This document shows positions 12,283-22,789 of a stretch of DNA of 64,000 nt, one piece after another. Origin of the DNA: Marsupella aquatica (taxonomy: Eukaryota; Plantae; Marchantiophyta); the NCBI GenBank assembly GCA_973895155.1, contig OZ316891.1, positions 26,039,899-26,103,898 of the forward strand. Direction: 5' to 3'. Position numbers and translations under genes: made by a program. Under the pieces are notes generated by a model. That model did no database searches. It had not been told where the DNA came from and saw nothing but the letters and a program-made list of their open reading frames with translations. How positions within the stretch are numbered: the first letter of the stretch is position 1; the number at the start of each line of letters is the position of its first letter.

Positions 12283-12368
12283 GTATGTTATGATGTCTCA
12301 AATAAGAACGGCTATCCTAGTCCTTTCGGACGGTAAGGAGAATGTACACTGTACAGAGCTGAACATAC
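12283..12368 (+). ncRNA. Intronic box C/D snoRNA candidate, copy 1
   Basis: Terminal stem gtatgt/acatac, box C ATGATGT 12290-12296, box D CTGA 12359-12362. Internal TAAGAACGGCTAT is complementary (one U.G) to 18S AUGGCCGUUCUUA. Confidence 0.75.
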
Positions 12369-12431
12369 GAGAATTCGAGCTGCGACAATAAAGTTCTTAA
12401 GTTGCGTAGTGGGTTGATCGGTGTCTGTCCC

Positions 12432-12517
12432 GTATGTTGTGATGTCTCAAATAAGAACGGCTATCCTAGTCCTCTTGGACAGTAAGGAGAATGTACACTG
12501 TACAGAGCTGAACATAC
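12432..12517 (+). ncRNA. Intronic box C/D snoRNA candidate, copy 2 (near-identical to copy 1)
   Basis: Same terminal stem, box C GTGATGT 12439-12445, box D CTGA 12508-12511. Similarity to copy 1 stops at the stem boundaries. Confidence 0.75.
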
Positions 12518-12584
12518 AAGAAAGAATGAACTAGATACCTGCATTGCTGTAATCATCTGAGTAGATTCATATCTTGTTACCTCT

Positions 12585-12667
12585 GACCAATGATGTGACC
12601 TCATTAGGGTCAGCCATGATGCGGACAGAAGGCTTTGCCATATCTGATAAATCGGTTACTGATGGTC
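12585..12667 (+). ncRNA. Intronic box C/D snoRNA candidate, unrelated to copies 1 and 2
   Basis: Terminal stem gacca/tggtc, box C ATGATGT 12590-12596, box D CTGA 12659-12662. Target not recognised. Confidence 0.6.
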
Positions 12668-14433
12668 TAGAGGTCACATGCCACAATGAGGTTTGATATA
12701 GCTAGTAGGAATTCGTAGTCTTGTTCACTTTTACTTCCGATAAAGATCTCTGTAGTTTGGAGTTATTTTACTGCTTCTCCGCAAGTTAAATGCTGCAGCT
12801 TCTAACTGTGGCTTGCTTCATTTGCAGGGGCTTCAGGTGGGAGAGGTGGTGGCCGTGGTGGTGGTCGTAGTCGAGATGATTAGCGACCGTTCTGTTTCCC
12901 GTCTTTATGCCTCATTTTCGTGTTTGCCAAAGAAGCGATATCCATGATAACAGCGATGGAGTCCCTGGCATTGCTTGTTTGGACAATTCGTCCAGACAGA
13001 TTTTCCTTGACACAATGCCTTGCCTTACACTGAAATCTGTCTCCATTAGCCTGCACGTAATCTGGACGACTAAATTACACGCTCGAGTATGCAATACATT
13101 ATTTTTCCTTCTGAACGGCTTGTGCCGTGGCGGAGGTTTCAGGGGTTAGGAAAAGAACTGGTGAATGAACAATTTTGGTGGGAGTGAGCTCTCGCTTCAA
13201 CCCAGGAACATCGATTGCAACTCCCTTATTGCACCAATCGTTGCACCAGCAGGATGTGTTTAGCATGCGCTCCACACTGAAGGTTTGGCCATTCACACGA
13301 CGTTGACAATTCCACATTCCAGGGCATATTGAAGCTGTACTGCCGTGGAGAGCATACCCTGATCATAGTAATGGCGTAAATTGCATTCGTCCCAAGGGTA
13401 ATTTGAAGCCGCAATATGGTTTAGGATCGAAAAAGTATGTAAGAGCTTCATGTTCTCATGTGGCTGGAATAGAACAGTGCATTATTAACATTAACCCCGT
13501 TCTGAGTTCGACATCTTTGTGCCAATGGGATGATCTGTTCAACAGACTTGAAAGTATCATTCAACACTTGTGCCAGTTGTACTCAAATATCACTACGCTA
13601 CCTGATTTCAAATGGTGAACACAGTCTATCATCACTCGACTTGTTTGGCTCGATCAGAGAAAGGCATACCGGAATTAGTCAGTTCTACAATTTGAGTGAC
13701 AAGAAACGATTCTCCAAGTAAGTTTCACAATTGCCTACAAACGGCACTCCGCACTAATCGACCTGCTGTGACTGGTTATATCTCTTGTCAACGATGTGGA
13801 AAATCCTTAGCCTTCACTCTGAAGAACCATAACCGGCCAAGGTCGTCAACAGTAGGTGCAATACTCATTGAAGACATCAATGAACCGACCCTTCATTCTT
13901 ATCGCCCTGCTGTCGAGCCGATGAGGGAAATTCCAAGAGTATCCAAGCTCGCTTATACGCCAGCAGGATCATGATGAGCCCAATCGATGTAGGCCCCATG
14001 CACAGGAGGGACATGGGCACAGAAAGTGAATGAATGATCAACGAATTGTTCTATGGGCAATTCTCTCACAGCGTCGCCCTTGTGACGAAAGATCGAAGCA
14101 ACAGTGCATAGAAGAACTCTATGAACGGGTGTATGATCACGAGAAGAAAGACGAGAAATACAAAGAAGCCTTACCTGCGTAACCAGCCCATCCTTGGGCA
14201 GAACAACAGCGGCACTATCGAACGAGGAAAGTACGTTTTCCGTCTTGGCTCCTAGCCTTGCTACTGCATGCATTGTCCAAGTATCCAGCATTCCGTCGAG
14301 ACAGTGCCATCGAGCTCAATTGGAAATACTTCCCCAACAAGGAGCTTCAACAGAGTTGTCCATATTGGCCACGAACTCCTCTAGCTGAGACACGAGGGAA
14401 GAAAACACGGACATGTTGGAAATTTCAAGAGCA

Positions 14434-14503
14434 TGGACGGGCTAGAAATTGAACCTAAATTTCCCTTGTACATCTTAATGCTCTACCACTGAGCTACAGG
14501 CCC
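14434..14503 (-). pseudogene. tRNA-like sequence (tRNA pseudogene or SINE head)
   Basis: Minus strand reads GGGCCTGTAGCTCAGTGGTAGAGCA...AGGTTCAATTTCTAGCCCGTCCA. A box is intact and B box recognisable, but there is no paired anticodon arm. Confidence 0.65.
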
Positions 14504-16019
14504 TTCATGCACCATCTCTGGTTCGAGTGTGGCTCATTTCCACATAGGATACTCGTTTCTGACTAACTCAATTGCGACCACCTTCTATGCTTTCTGAATC
14601 GTAGCAGTACGCAGCCTCACTGCCTGTCAAGTATTGTTCATCTCGAGCACTTTTGCTGAGTATCTCGGTGTGGGAAACGTTTGCAACGCACAACGCCTGC
14701 CAAAAATCTGAAAGCCTCGTATAATCGCCCTCTAGTAGATGAGTCGATAAACGTACAAACTAAATCAATTTACGGTGTGATCCGATTGAGCCGTATAGCA
14801 TTATTGCTATAATATTATCACAGCTGTATTAGGAGATTCCTCTGGAATTTCTGTCTCCAAAATCACTTTCGTCTCAACAGTCGTCGAATGGCTAAAACGA
14901 CAACTTTTGTAGCGTTTTAGTAAATCAACTTTTGTAGCGTAAAGTAAATCAATTTATATGGGCGAAAATTACTTCTTGAACTATACGAATATGACCTTCA
15001 GACCTGAAGATCGATGGCTCAAGGTCAGAAATTATAATTACTTCAAATCTCCAAGAGCATTTAATTAGATTGGTAAAGTAAAGTTGGCTCGTCGTCACAT
15101 TGGCAACCCATTTGAGCTTTCACAGTTGTCACTCCGATCGTAGAGCATTGCCATTTCCCAGTATCAATTTCTCCACCGCCGGTGCCAGTCCTTCCGCAGA
15201 TTACAGCTATCAATGACTCCTACAGCCTCAGCTAGTTCTTACGCGCCCTGGCGAGGAGGGTTGTCCCGTGTGATCTTGTCCATTCTGGCACTTCTCGAAG
15301 AATGCTCTGAAGATGGCGAGTAGACAGCACAGGATCGCGCTGCAATTTGCGTCCTTGCCTCATGGCAGAAAATGAAATCGATTAGTCACTCTTCTTCCGT
15401 TTATTGTACCGTGTCTCAAAGCTGAAGCTCACGATTTAATTCGTCCATTCTCATCTTGCCCCGTCTGGACCATGTCTCTTGCCTAAGTCTCTAAGTTTGA
15501 TGTGTGGTTTACTGTAATTCTTCTATGCGGCCTCATGAGCTTCATCAGCTAGAACTTTGAAGCCTGTTCAACCTAATTCTCTTTATTGGTTTCGTTCCTC
15601 GATCGCGGATGACATTGGTGAGAGGCTTTTTAATCCGGTGAGAAGTCTGCTGTCGTTGCATAGACTTCTCTGAAATTCAATTCAAAGTACCCTCAATGTC
15701 ATCCTGAGAATCCGGTCCTCTGATGCAAATGTGAAGCCACGGTACTCATGTCTAATGAATCAGAGCCGGCATGGTTTGAGCTTCATGGGGCAATCTCGTC
15801 AACAGTCTATCGACCCATTCGTTTTGCTCTCTCTTCGAAAGATATTCACACCAAATTCGATAGCAGAGACTACAGTATCTATCCTGTGCATCTTCTATTC
15901 AGCCACCTCGATCAAGCTCGCTACTTGGAAGAACAAAATAAAACCATAGACTGAGGCCTTCCACCGTTTCTACCTTTGACGACGGGGTATAAGAATTGAA
16001 GGTCTTCTCACTGTAGAGC

Positions 16020-16215
16020 ATACCTTTCTCGGCCTTTTGGCTAAGATCAAGTGTAGTATCTGTTCTTATCAGTTTAATATCTGATATGAGGGTCATCGGC
16101 ACTCACGATATTAATCTAATTTCTCATGGGTGTGGTTCTAATTGGGTAGCTTGCTACTCAGGAGCTGCCAGCGTCGCCTTGGTATTGCACTACCTCCCAA
16201 GGCAGGCACAGCCCT
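16020..16215 (+). ncRNA. U2: U2 spliceosomal snRNA, copy 1
   Basis: ATACCTTTCTCGGCCTTTTGGCTAAGATCAAGTGTAGTATCTGTTCTTATCAGTTTAATATCTGATA; branch-recognition GTAGTA; loop IV ATTGCAC; TATA (tataag) ~32 bp upstream. Confidence 0.97.
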
Positions 16216-17047
16216 TCCCCAAACGGGGAAACCAATCAAACCAAACAGCATTTAAAAAATAGTTGAAATAGAAACTATCTGAAGTTGGTAAGCTCCAAGG
16301 AGAGCAGATATAAACTCTGCTGCTATGTAAATTCTCTAAATTTGGTAGAGCTACAAGAGAGAATGGTGAAAACTCTGCTGCTATTTTAATGATCTTGCAT
16401 ATTGTCTACCTTCACTAAGATGATGGTATTGCCCTTTTGGTGTATTAATTCCCTTTTAAGAGTCAATCATGGGCAATAACAGCCCCTTGAAACTTGAGCT
16501 AAAATTACTTGAGTTCCTGAACTATACGAATAATTATGACCTTCAGATCTGAAGATCGGTGGCTCAAGGTCCCGTGTGATCTTGTTGATTCTGGCACTTC
16601 TCGAAGAATGCTCTGAAGATGGCGTGTAGACAGCACAGGATCGCGCTGCAATTTGAGTCCTTGCCTCATGGCAGAAAATGAAATCGATTAGTCACTCTTC
16701 TTCCGTTTATTGTACCGTGTCTCAAAACTGAAGCTCACGATTTAATTCGTCGATTCACATCTTGCCCGTCTGGACCAGTCCCTTGCCTACGTCTCTAAGT
16801 CTGATGTGTGGTTTACTGCAATCGCGTCAAGAGTCTATCGACCCATTCGTTTTTCTCTCTCTTCCAAAGATATTCACAGCAAATTCGACAGCAGAGACTA
16901 CTCTATCCATCCTGTGCATCTTCTATTCCGCCACCTCGATCAAGCTCGCTACTTGGAAGAACAAAATAAAACCATAGACGGAGGCCTTCCACCGATTCTA
17001 ACTTTGACGACGGGGTATAAGTATTGAAGGTCTTCTCAGTCTAAAAC

Positions 17048-17242
17048 ATACCTTTCTCGGCCTTTTGGCTAAGATCAAGTGTAGTATCTGTTCTTATCAG
17101 TTTAATATCTGATATGAGGGTCATCGACCCTCACGATATTAATCTAATTTCTCATGGGTGTGGTTCTAATTGGGTAGCTTGCTACCCAGGAGCTGCCAGC
17201 GTCACCTTGGTATTGCACTAACTCCAAGGCAGGCACAGCCCT
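17048..17242 (+). ncRNA. U2: U2 spliceosomal snRNA, copy 2
   Basis: Same canonical 5' end; perfect stem IIb gagggtc/gaccctc; tataag at 17016. Confidence 0.97.
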
Positions 17243-18333
17243 TCCCCCAAACGGGGAAACCAATCAAACCAAACAGCATTTAAAAAATAGTTGAAATAGA
17301 AACTATCTGAAATTGGTAAGCTCCAAGGAGAGAATGATAAAAACTCTGCTGCTATTTTAATGATGTGGCATATTGTCTACCTTCACTAAGATGATGGTAT
17401 TGCCCTTTCGGTGCATTAATTCCCTTTTAAGAGTCGATCATGGGCTATAAGAGCCCCTTGAAACTTGAGCCAAAGCTCATGTTTTGGAGACATTATGGCC
17501 GATGATGCCCTCTTATGAGGGTGTTACTATATGCTTTTGTTCTCCTGCTTATTTGCGTCAACTAGACTGCAGAGTGGTAAATCTTCAAGACTTGGAGCCT
17601 CTCCAAAAGTTGGTGACTTTGGTTGCTTCAAGGAAAAAATACCCAGTCTGAGAACCAAAGAAACGGTCTAAACCCTAAATGTTTCTAAGTATGGTCCATG
17701 TATGCATCCACATAAATACATAAAATGGGTGGGTAGTCTGTGAAGGGGAGAATCAACTTAATTTCCTAACCTCATTACTAGGCTCAGGCAGTATTTAGGT
17801 TTGTATTCCACTATGGACACACCCAGTACTGCATGAGCTAACCAGCTGCCTTTCCCTCTATGTTCTGCTGGTCTTTGCCAATCTTCAGGTGTGTGCAACC
17901 TGCTGGTTGCCGCCAATCTATTGGGCACACCATTGCCTTTTGTTTTAATTCATTTATTTCTAAAGGATGTTACACACTCTCATTACATAACAGGGACTAC
18001 AAAGTGAGGCAAAAAAGTAACATCTGTAGAACTTCCAAAGAATTTAAAATTGACAATTTAAATTTTAGAGTTCTCTTTAACAAAGGAATGAATTTATAGA
18101 CCATTTCTTTAAGGTCATGAAGCTCACGAGGCTCGTTGAGGGACTTTTGAAAAACAAATGTGGATAATCTTTTTATACAGGCAGGTATAGTGCCTATTTT
18201 TTATTTTTTTTTAAAGCTGAATGTAAGAAAGAATAGTAAAATCGACCTTTTCAGAACCAGGCACCAAAAACATGCACCCCTCAGAGTTTTGGTATCAGAA
18301 TAATTATGTCAAGTGAAAGCTCGATCGGCACCT

Positions 18334-18405
18334 GGGCATTTGGTCTAGTGGTATGATTCTTGCTTAGGGTGCAAGAGGTCCCGAGTTCAATTCTCGGAAT
18401 GCCCC
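18334..18405 (+). tRNA. trnP-AGG: tRNA-Pro(AGG)
   Basis: 72-nt GGGCATTTGGTCTAGTGGTATGATTCTTGCTTAGGGTGCAAGAGGTCCCGAGTTCAATTCTCGGAATGCCCC; anticodon stem cttgc/gcaag; T-runs downstream. Confidence 0.97.
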
Positions 18406-18844
18406 GTTTTGCTGGTTTCTTTTCCGAAATAGTTTCTCGGTTTCACTTGGCCAGCTGTCTCTCGTCCTTTGTTAGATCGTGTCCATCTCTGTAGAACTTA
18501 ACAATGAATTGAATGGACACCATGGACAACCATATATGGGAATGATGCATTCGTTCCCTGTCCAACACCATCGAGCTATGGAAAGATCTTGCCTGTGTGT
18601 GAAGAACTTAAAAATGAATTGAATGGACAACATGGACAACAATATATGGCGTCCAAAAATGCCTTCATTCCCTGTCCAACACCATCGAGCTATGGAATCA
18701 CTGCTTTTGTTGTCTCTCGTTTCCCAACTGAAGGGAGATTTTCTCTGGCCTTCGGAAATCACTCAATTCTCGACTGCACTGCCGATCGACGATCCATTCA
18801 ACTGAATGAATCTTTGTCCTGGATCTCTGTGGTGCTGGCCGGCC

Positions 18845-19651
18845 GTTGTGGACTCTGTGAGACGATGCCTGCCGACTTCGTGCGCAGATTTGCCATCCTA
18901 TTTCAGCATCAGCTTGCTACGGAAATCAGGAATCGCCAGTATAAAACGATCCCGTCAGTTGATGCCTACCTTGCTTGTCGTAGAAACTCTGTGGGGATGT
19001 GGACGATCCAGCTTATTAATTCCACTCCATCCATCTTCCTTGTGTATGCTAACGTACATGCGGTCCCCCAACATTGTAGAGAAAAGAAGGGTCTGGCGTT
19101 TTACCTCACCTATACTAGCTTAAAACCAGATTTCATATAGTTTGATGAACAGGAAGGTTAGGGTGCTACAGATCACTCGAGGCATTCTGACTCTTGCTGA
19201 ATCAAATTGTCTTTCAAGATCTAAGATGTGGGTTTTATAATTGAAGAGAAGAGTCTGATCGACTTGAAATCAAAGCACTTAGACATGACATTGCTATAGT
19301 ATTCTAGGTGAATATCGAATAATTATATATATGTACAAGATTTGTGAACATTAATAAGGTCCACCCGTCACGTACATTCTCTTTCAGTTAGAAACTTACT
19401 CGTGCATTTCGATGCCTCGTAATTGCTACCGCTCACTACCTGAGATCGATCAAGTAATTCCGTCGATTCTTTCTCTGTTTCTTCTTGTAGTTCAAGTGTT
19501 TAACGGGGATCTTTCTTGTTTACTGGCCATAGAGTTTGAGGACAAGGTACATCTACCGGATGCGGTATTTCATTGCTCCGAAATGCAGCGTTTTCTTCTT
19601 GCTAATAATGATATCATTACATGGCATAATAACCTTTGGTCATTCGAGAAG
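18845..19651 (+). pseudogene. Microbial-type terpene synthase-like (MTPSL) gene fragment
   Basis: Segments CETMPADFVRRF..EIRNRQYKTIPSVDAYLACRRNSVGMW and AIEFEDKVHLPDAVFHCSEMQRFLLANNDIITWHNNLWSFEK (NSE/DTE-like motif with D>N), followed by donor GTATGT. No DDxxD segment found. Confidence 0.75.
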
Positions 19652-20509
19652 GTATGTGTAAACAATATCTGCAACCACGGTGTAAGCATGTTCTAACTGA
19701 TGTTCAATTATAGAAGTTCTATTGACCTTAGAGAAAGAGAGTTGTATATATCACACTGCCAAAAAGACAGGATCACCAAAAACTGGGAGACAAGTTGTCG
19801 GTGTTGACTAAGCTTCCTTAAATTGTAAACAGCGGCTTTTCTTGTCAATCAAGAGAAAATGAGCTGCGAGGTCCATCCTCAAGTTTTCGATCTACTGTAC
19901 TATTTGGCTCGTGTGCTCGACGACAGCTTACAAACGACGAAAGTGTCGGTAATGTACAAGGACGGTCACACTGTACCTACAGTGGAAACAAAACTCAATA
20001 GAGCTACAAATTATACGACACAAGGAATGCAAATAGCGCACTTAAGGGCTGGATACGGTACTAGCATCGAACTTCAAAATCCCCGAAGAATGGACCACCA
20101 TTGTGAACTCAAGATCCCTAACACAAAAGAAAATCTGAATAGAGGTGCAAACACAACTTTTATGGGAGAATAACATGAGAACCCTGGTAAATCCGAACTG
20201 AAAACATCAATTGTCCCAAAAACTTTATCCATCCGATATATCGAGCCAGCATCCGTGAAGCAAGTAATTATTTAAAATAACCTGGCCGGTTAGTAGCTTC
20301 CACGGCATGGCCATAACCTTCAATGAAAGTACTAGGGACTCACAAAGGGACTCACATGGGACTCACAGGGAGGGTTTAATTATACATTACTTGGAGGCAT
20401 GTTCAAGAATGAAGCTGTCCAGGTGATACCAAAGAATGAACCGGGGATTGAACCGGGGATAGAACCTCGCCTTTTTCTCTAATTGAAGATTTCTCCACAA
20501 CTTAACATG

Positions 20510-21125
20510 AGTCCCATCTCTGACTTCCTAAGGATACAGGTGGAGGGAAGGAGAACTGGAAGGTAACAAGTTGCCAATGTCGAGCAATGAAGTCAACAAG
20601 ACAAGAGCAGACGACGAGAGAAAGCAGACAGATATACACTACTTACCGTCGAAGGGGAGGAGGCAAGCAGAATTGGTCGGTTTAAATCTCGCCTTTTAAT
20701 TTCGGCTTAATCAAATTATTGGCATTGACAACTCGTCAACTCGTCATGTATCAGTCAGGACAAATTTTGTGCTGGCCACTCAGAATACTGCAGCTGCTAA
20801 CGATAATATCAGTCCCACCTCTGACTTCCTAAGGGTATGGGTGGAGGAAGAAAAACTGCAAACAAATTGCCAAGGTCGAGCAATGAAGTCAACAAGATAA
20901 GAGTAATTAAACGACGAGAGAAAGCAGACGGATACACACTAGACTACCGTCGAAGGGGAGCGAGGCAAGCAGATGGGTCGGTTTAAAATCTCGCCTTTTT
21001 CTATAATTTCACAATAACCGTGGAATGAAATACAGGCAATCAAATTATTGGCATTGACAACTCGTCATTTATCAGTCAGAGCAAATGTTATACTGGCCAT
21101 TCATGATACTGCACCTGCCAATGAG
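20510..21125. repeat. ~300-bp tandem duplication
   Basis: agtccca.ctctgacttcctaagg...gagcaatgaagtcaacaaga...atcaaattattggcattgacaactcgtca begins at ~20510 and ~20811. Confidence 0.9.
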
Positions 21126-21853
21126 CGTCAGTTCTTCATATACTTTTAACGGCAACAATGAGCATTGAAGGTACTGCCAATCCTTCGATATGGACGACAT
21201 CTCTGTTTCGAGAGGAGACATAATTGAAGCAGGCAGCAAAGGACAAAATGAATATATTTGTTACAAAGCATCAAAACATCATGCAAAAGGTATTGAAAGG
21301 GACAGAGTACTAGTTGTAAAGAACCTTATAGTTGCATACACTCATCCGTTATTAGACTTCTCATTTATTAAACTTGCATGCATCATAAACTTGTAGTGTA
21401 GTGTACGTTGGGTGAGGCATAATTAATTACAGAAGGTGTTGAGAGCGGCAATCGTCTATACAAACATACATCTGCTAAGGCTTGCTTATTTAAACACGTA
21501 TTCAGTGCAGTGTCAATGTTGAAAGAACGGAAACTTCTATACTTCTGGTTAGGGTACGTTAAAGACTTATTAAGTGCAGTCTCATTCTTGAAAGAGAGTG
21601 GAGAAATTCCCTATTCTCATAAAGGAGCACTATAAAGTTAATAGAGCTACCATTCTTGGTCTTTTCCTTTATTGGGTCTCCCAAAATCAGCAATACAGCC
21701 CACACTCTTTGCTTCTTTACGACCATCATCTCCTCCTCCTGAACCTCTAGAATTCAGATCTGTTGGTATCTGAAGGTCCTGTGAGCTACACCATCTAGAT
21801 CCTCCTCCCTCACCTCTACAACTCAGATCTATTGGTATCTAAAATGGTATTTG

Positions 21854-22789
21854 CTAATGTGATCCGGGCAGGTGTTGGAGCAAGTTTTCTCGAACAAGCT
21901 CAAAATTGGACAGCACTACATGCTGGTCTTTCAAAACTTCCTTTAAGGAAGGATATTCCGAAAACAGTTCGTTGCATCGAAAAACTCGCTCTTGCAATTC
22001 TCCAAAGTCTAAACAATGACAAGCTTTATTACGATCCTTCAAAACCCGGTCACTCAATGGCCAGAAGTGAGCGTTATCGTGTTTCAATAAAGTAGCCATC
22101 TCTCTAAGTCGGTTCTCCTCCCCGGGGGTGGTGAAACCCGACTGTCCCACCTGTTTGGGTTGCCGGCATGTAACGAAGGATAAGAGTTCTCCTGCAACGG
22201 TTTTTATAAAAGAAGAGGCCATCTCTTCAGCATCGTTTCGTGCTCTAGAGAGCTCTGATCTCAACTCATCAATAACTATCTGCAAAGGTTCCAACTCTTG
22301 TGTGTGTTGTGCCTTGAGCTTATTGATGCTTTGGCAGTGTTCTGCTTCAATGCTATTGAGGTTTGTGTCTTGTCTTTCCTGAAGGGTATTGACGTGTGCT
22401 CCGTGTTCTGCCTGAAGTTTATCGGCCTGATGGTTGTCGAGGTCTGGGTGCAACGTCTCCTCTTCTGGGGTGTGTTGTGTCGAACGGTTATTCACCTCCG
22501 GCACCGAAGTCTCCAATTTCTGTGCGGTGTCTGTACCCGGTTCTTCAGCAATTTCCGCTGTCTCAATGTTGGCCGTCACCGAAGATTTCTTTCTACCAGT
22601 TTTCTTTCCTTTATCCTGGATTTGTACCAAAGTCTCCGGCCGGGACTCGGAGGTGGATTTAAGTCTCCCCGCGAAGGCTGTCCACAAATAGTCTAGCCTG
22701 AAAAATCGGCAAATACGCCAAAATAAACTACACGACTCTTGTACCGTAGGCCGTGCACGATTTCCTTCAGCACCTTCCTCAGTGTCCAT
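21854..22789 (-). CDS. Intronless orphan protein (~311 aa) with an acidic low-complexity region and a coiled-coil
   Basis: 936-bp ORF from ATG 22789; TATATATAAAG ~125 bp upstream on the minus strand; 11-residue periodic segment (KLQAEH..TLQERQ..SIEAEH..KLKAQH). Family not recognised. Confidence 0.55.
   Translation of the reverse strand: MDTEEGAEGNRARPTVQESCSLFWRICRFFRLDYLWTAFAGRLKSTSESRPETLVQIQDKGKKTGRKKSSVTANIETAEIAEEPGTDTAQKLETSVPEVNNRSTQHTPEEETLHPDLDNHQADKLQAEHGAHVNTLQERQDTNLNSIEAEHCQSINKLKAQHTQELEPLQIVIDELRSELSRARNDAEEMASSFIKTVAGELLSFVTCRQPKQVGQSGFTTPGEENRLREMATLLKHDNAHFWPLSDRVLKDRNKACHCLDFGELQERVFRCNELFSEYPSLKEVLKDQHVVLSNFELVRENLLQHLPGSH

Larger units (their letters stand above)
10727..13149 (+). 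pseudogene. GAR1: Gar1 (H/ACA snoRNP subunit) pseudogene; relic exons ~10727-10847, 11716-11860, 11998-12113, 12828-~12883, RGG remnant ~13125-13149
   Basis: Relic translations: Gly-rich N-terminus ending GSSEEAI-E (cf. GPPxEVVE); [40 protein letters not shown]; [39 protein letters not shown]; ASGGRGGGRGGGRSR; RGGGFRG. Lesions: in-frame TGA at 11718-11720 and frameshifts in exons 1, 2 and 4. Confidence 0.88.
14965..17472. repeat. Tandem segmental duplication of the U2 unit (unit 1 ~14965-16500; unit 2 ~16501-17472 with internal deletions)
   Basis: Collinear blocks are shared. Unit 2 lacks ~15026-15265, ~15515-15790 and ~50 bp of the 3' flank. Confidence 0.9.

Noticed and set aside
17670-17680. 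AAACCCTAAA as an interstitial telomeric repeat
   Set aside because: A single unit, expected by chance or as an isolated telo-box.
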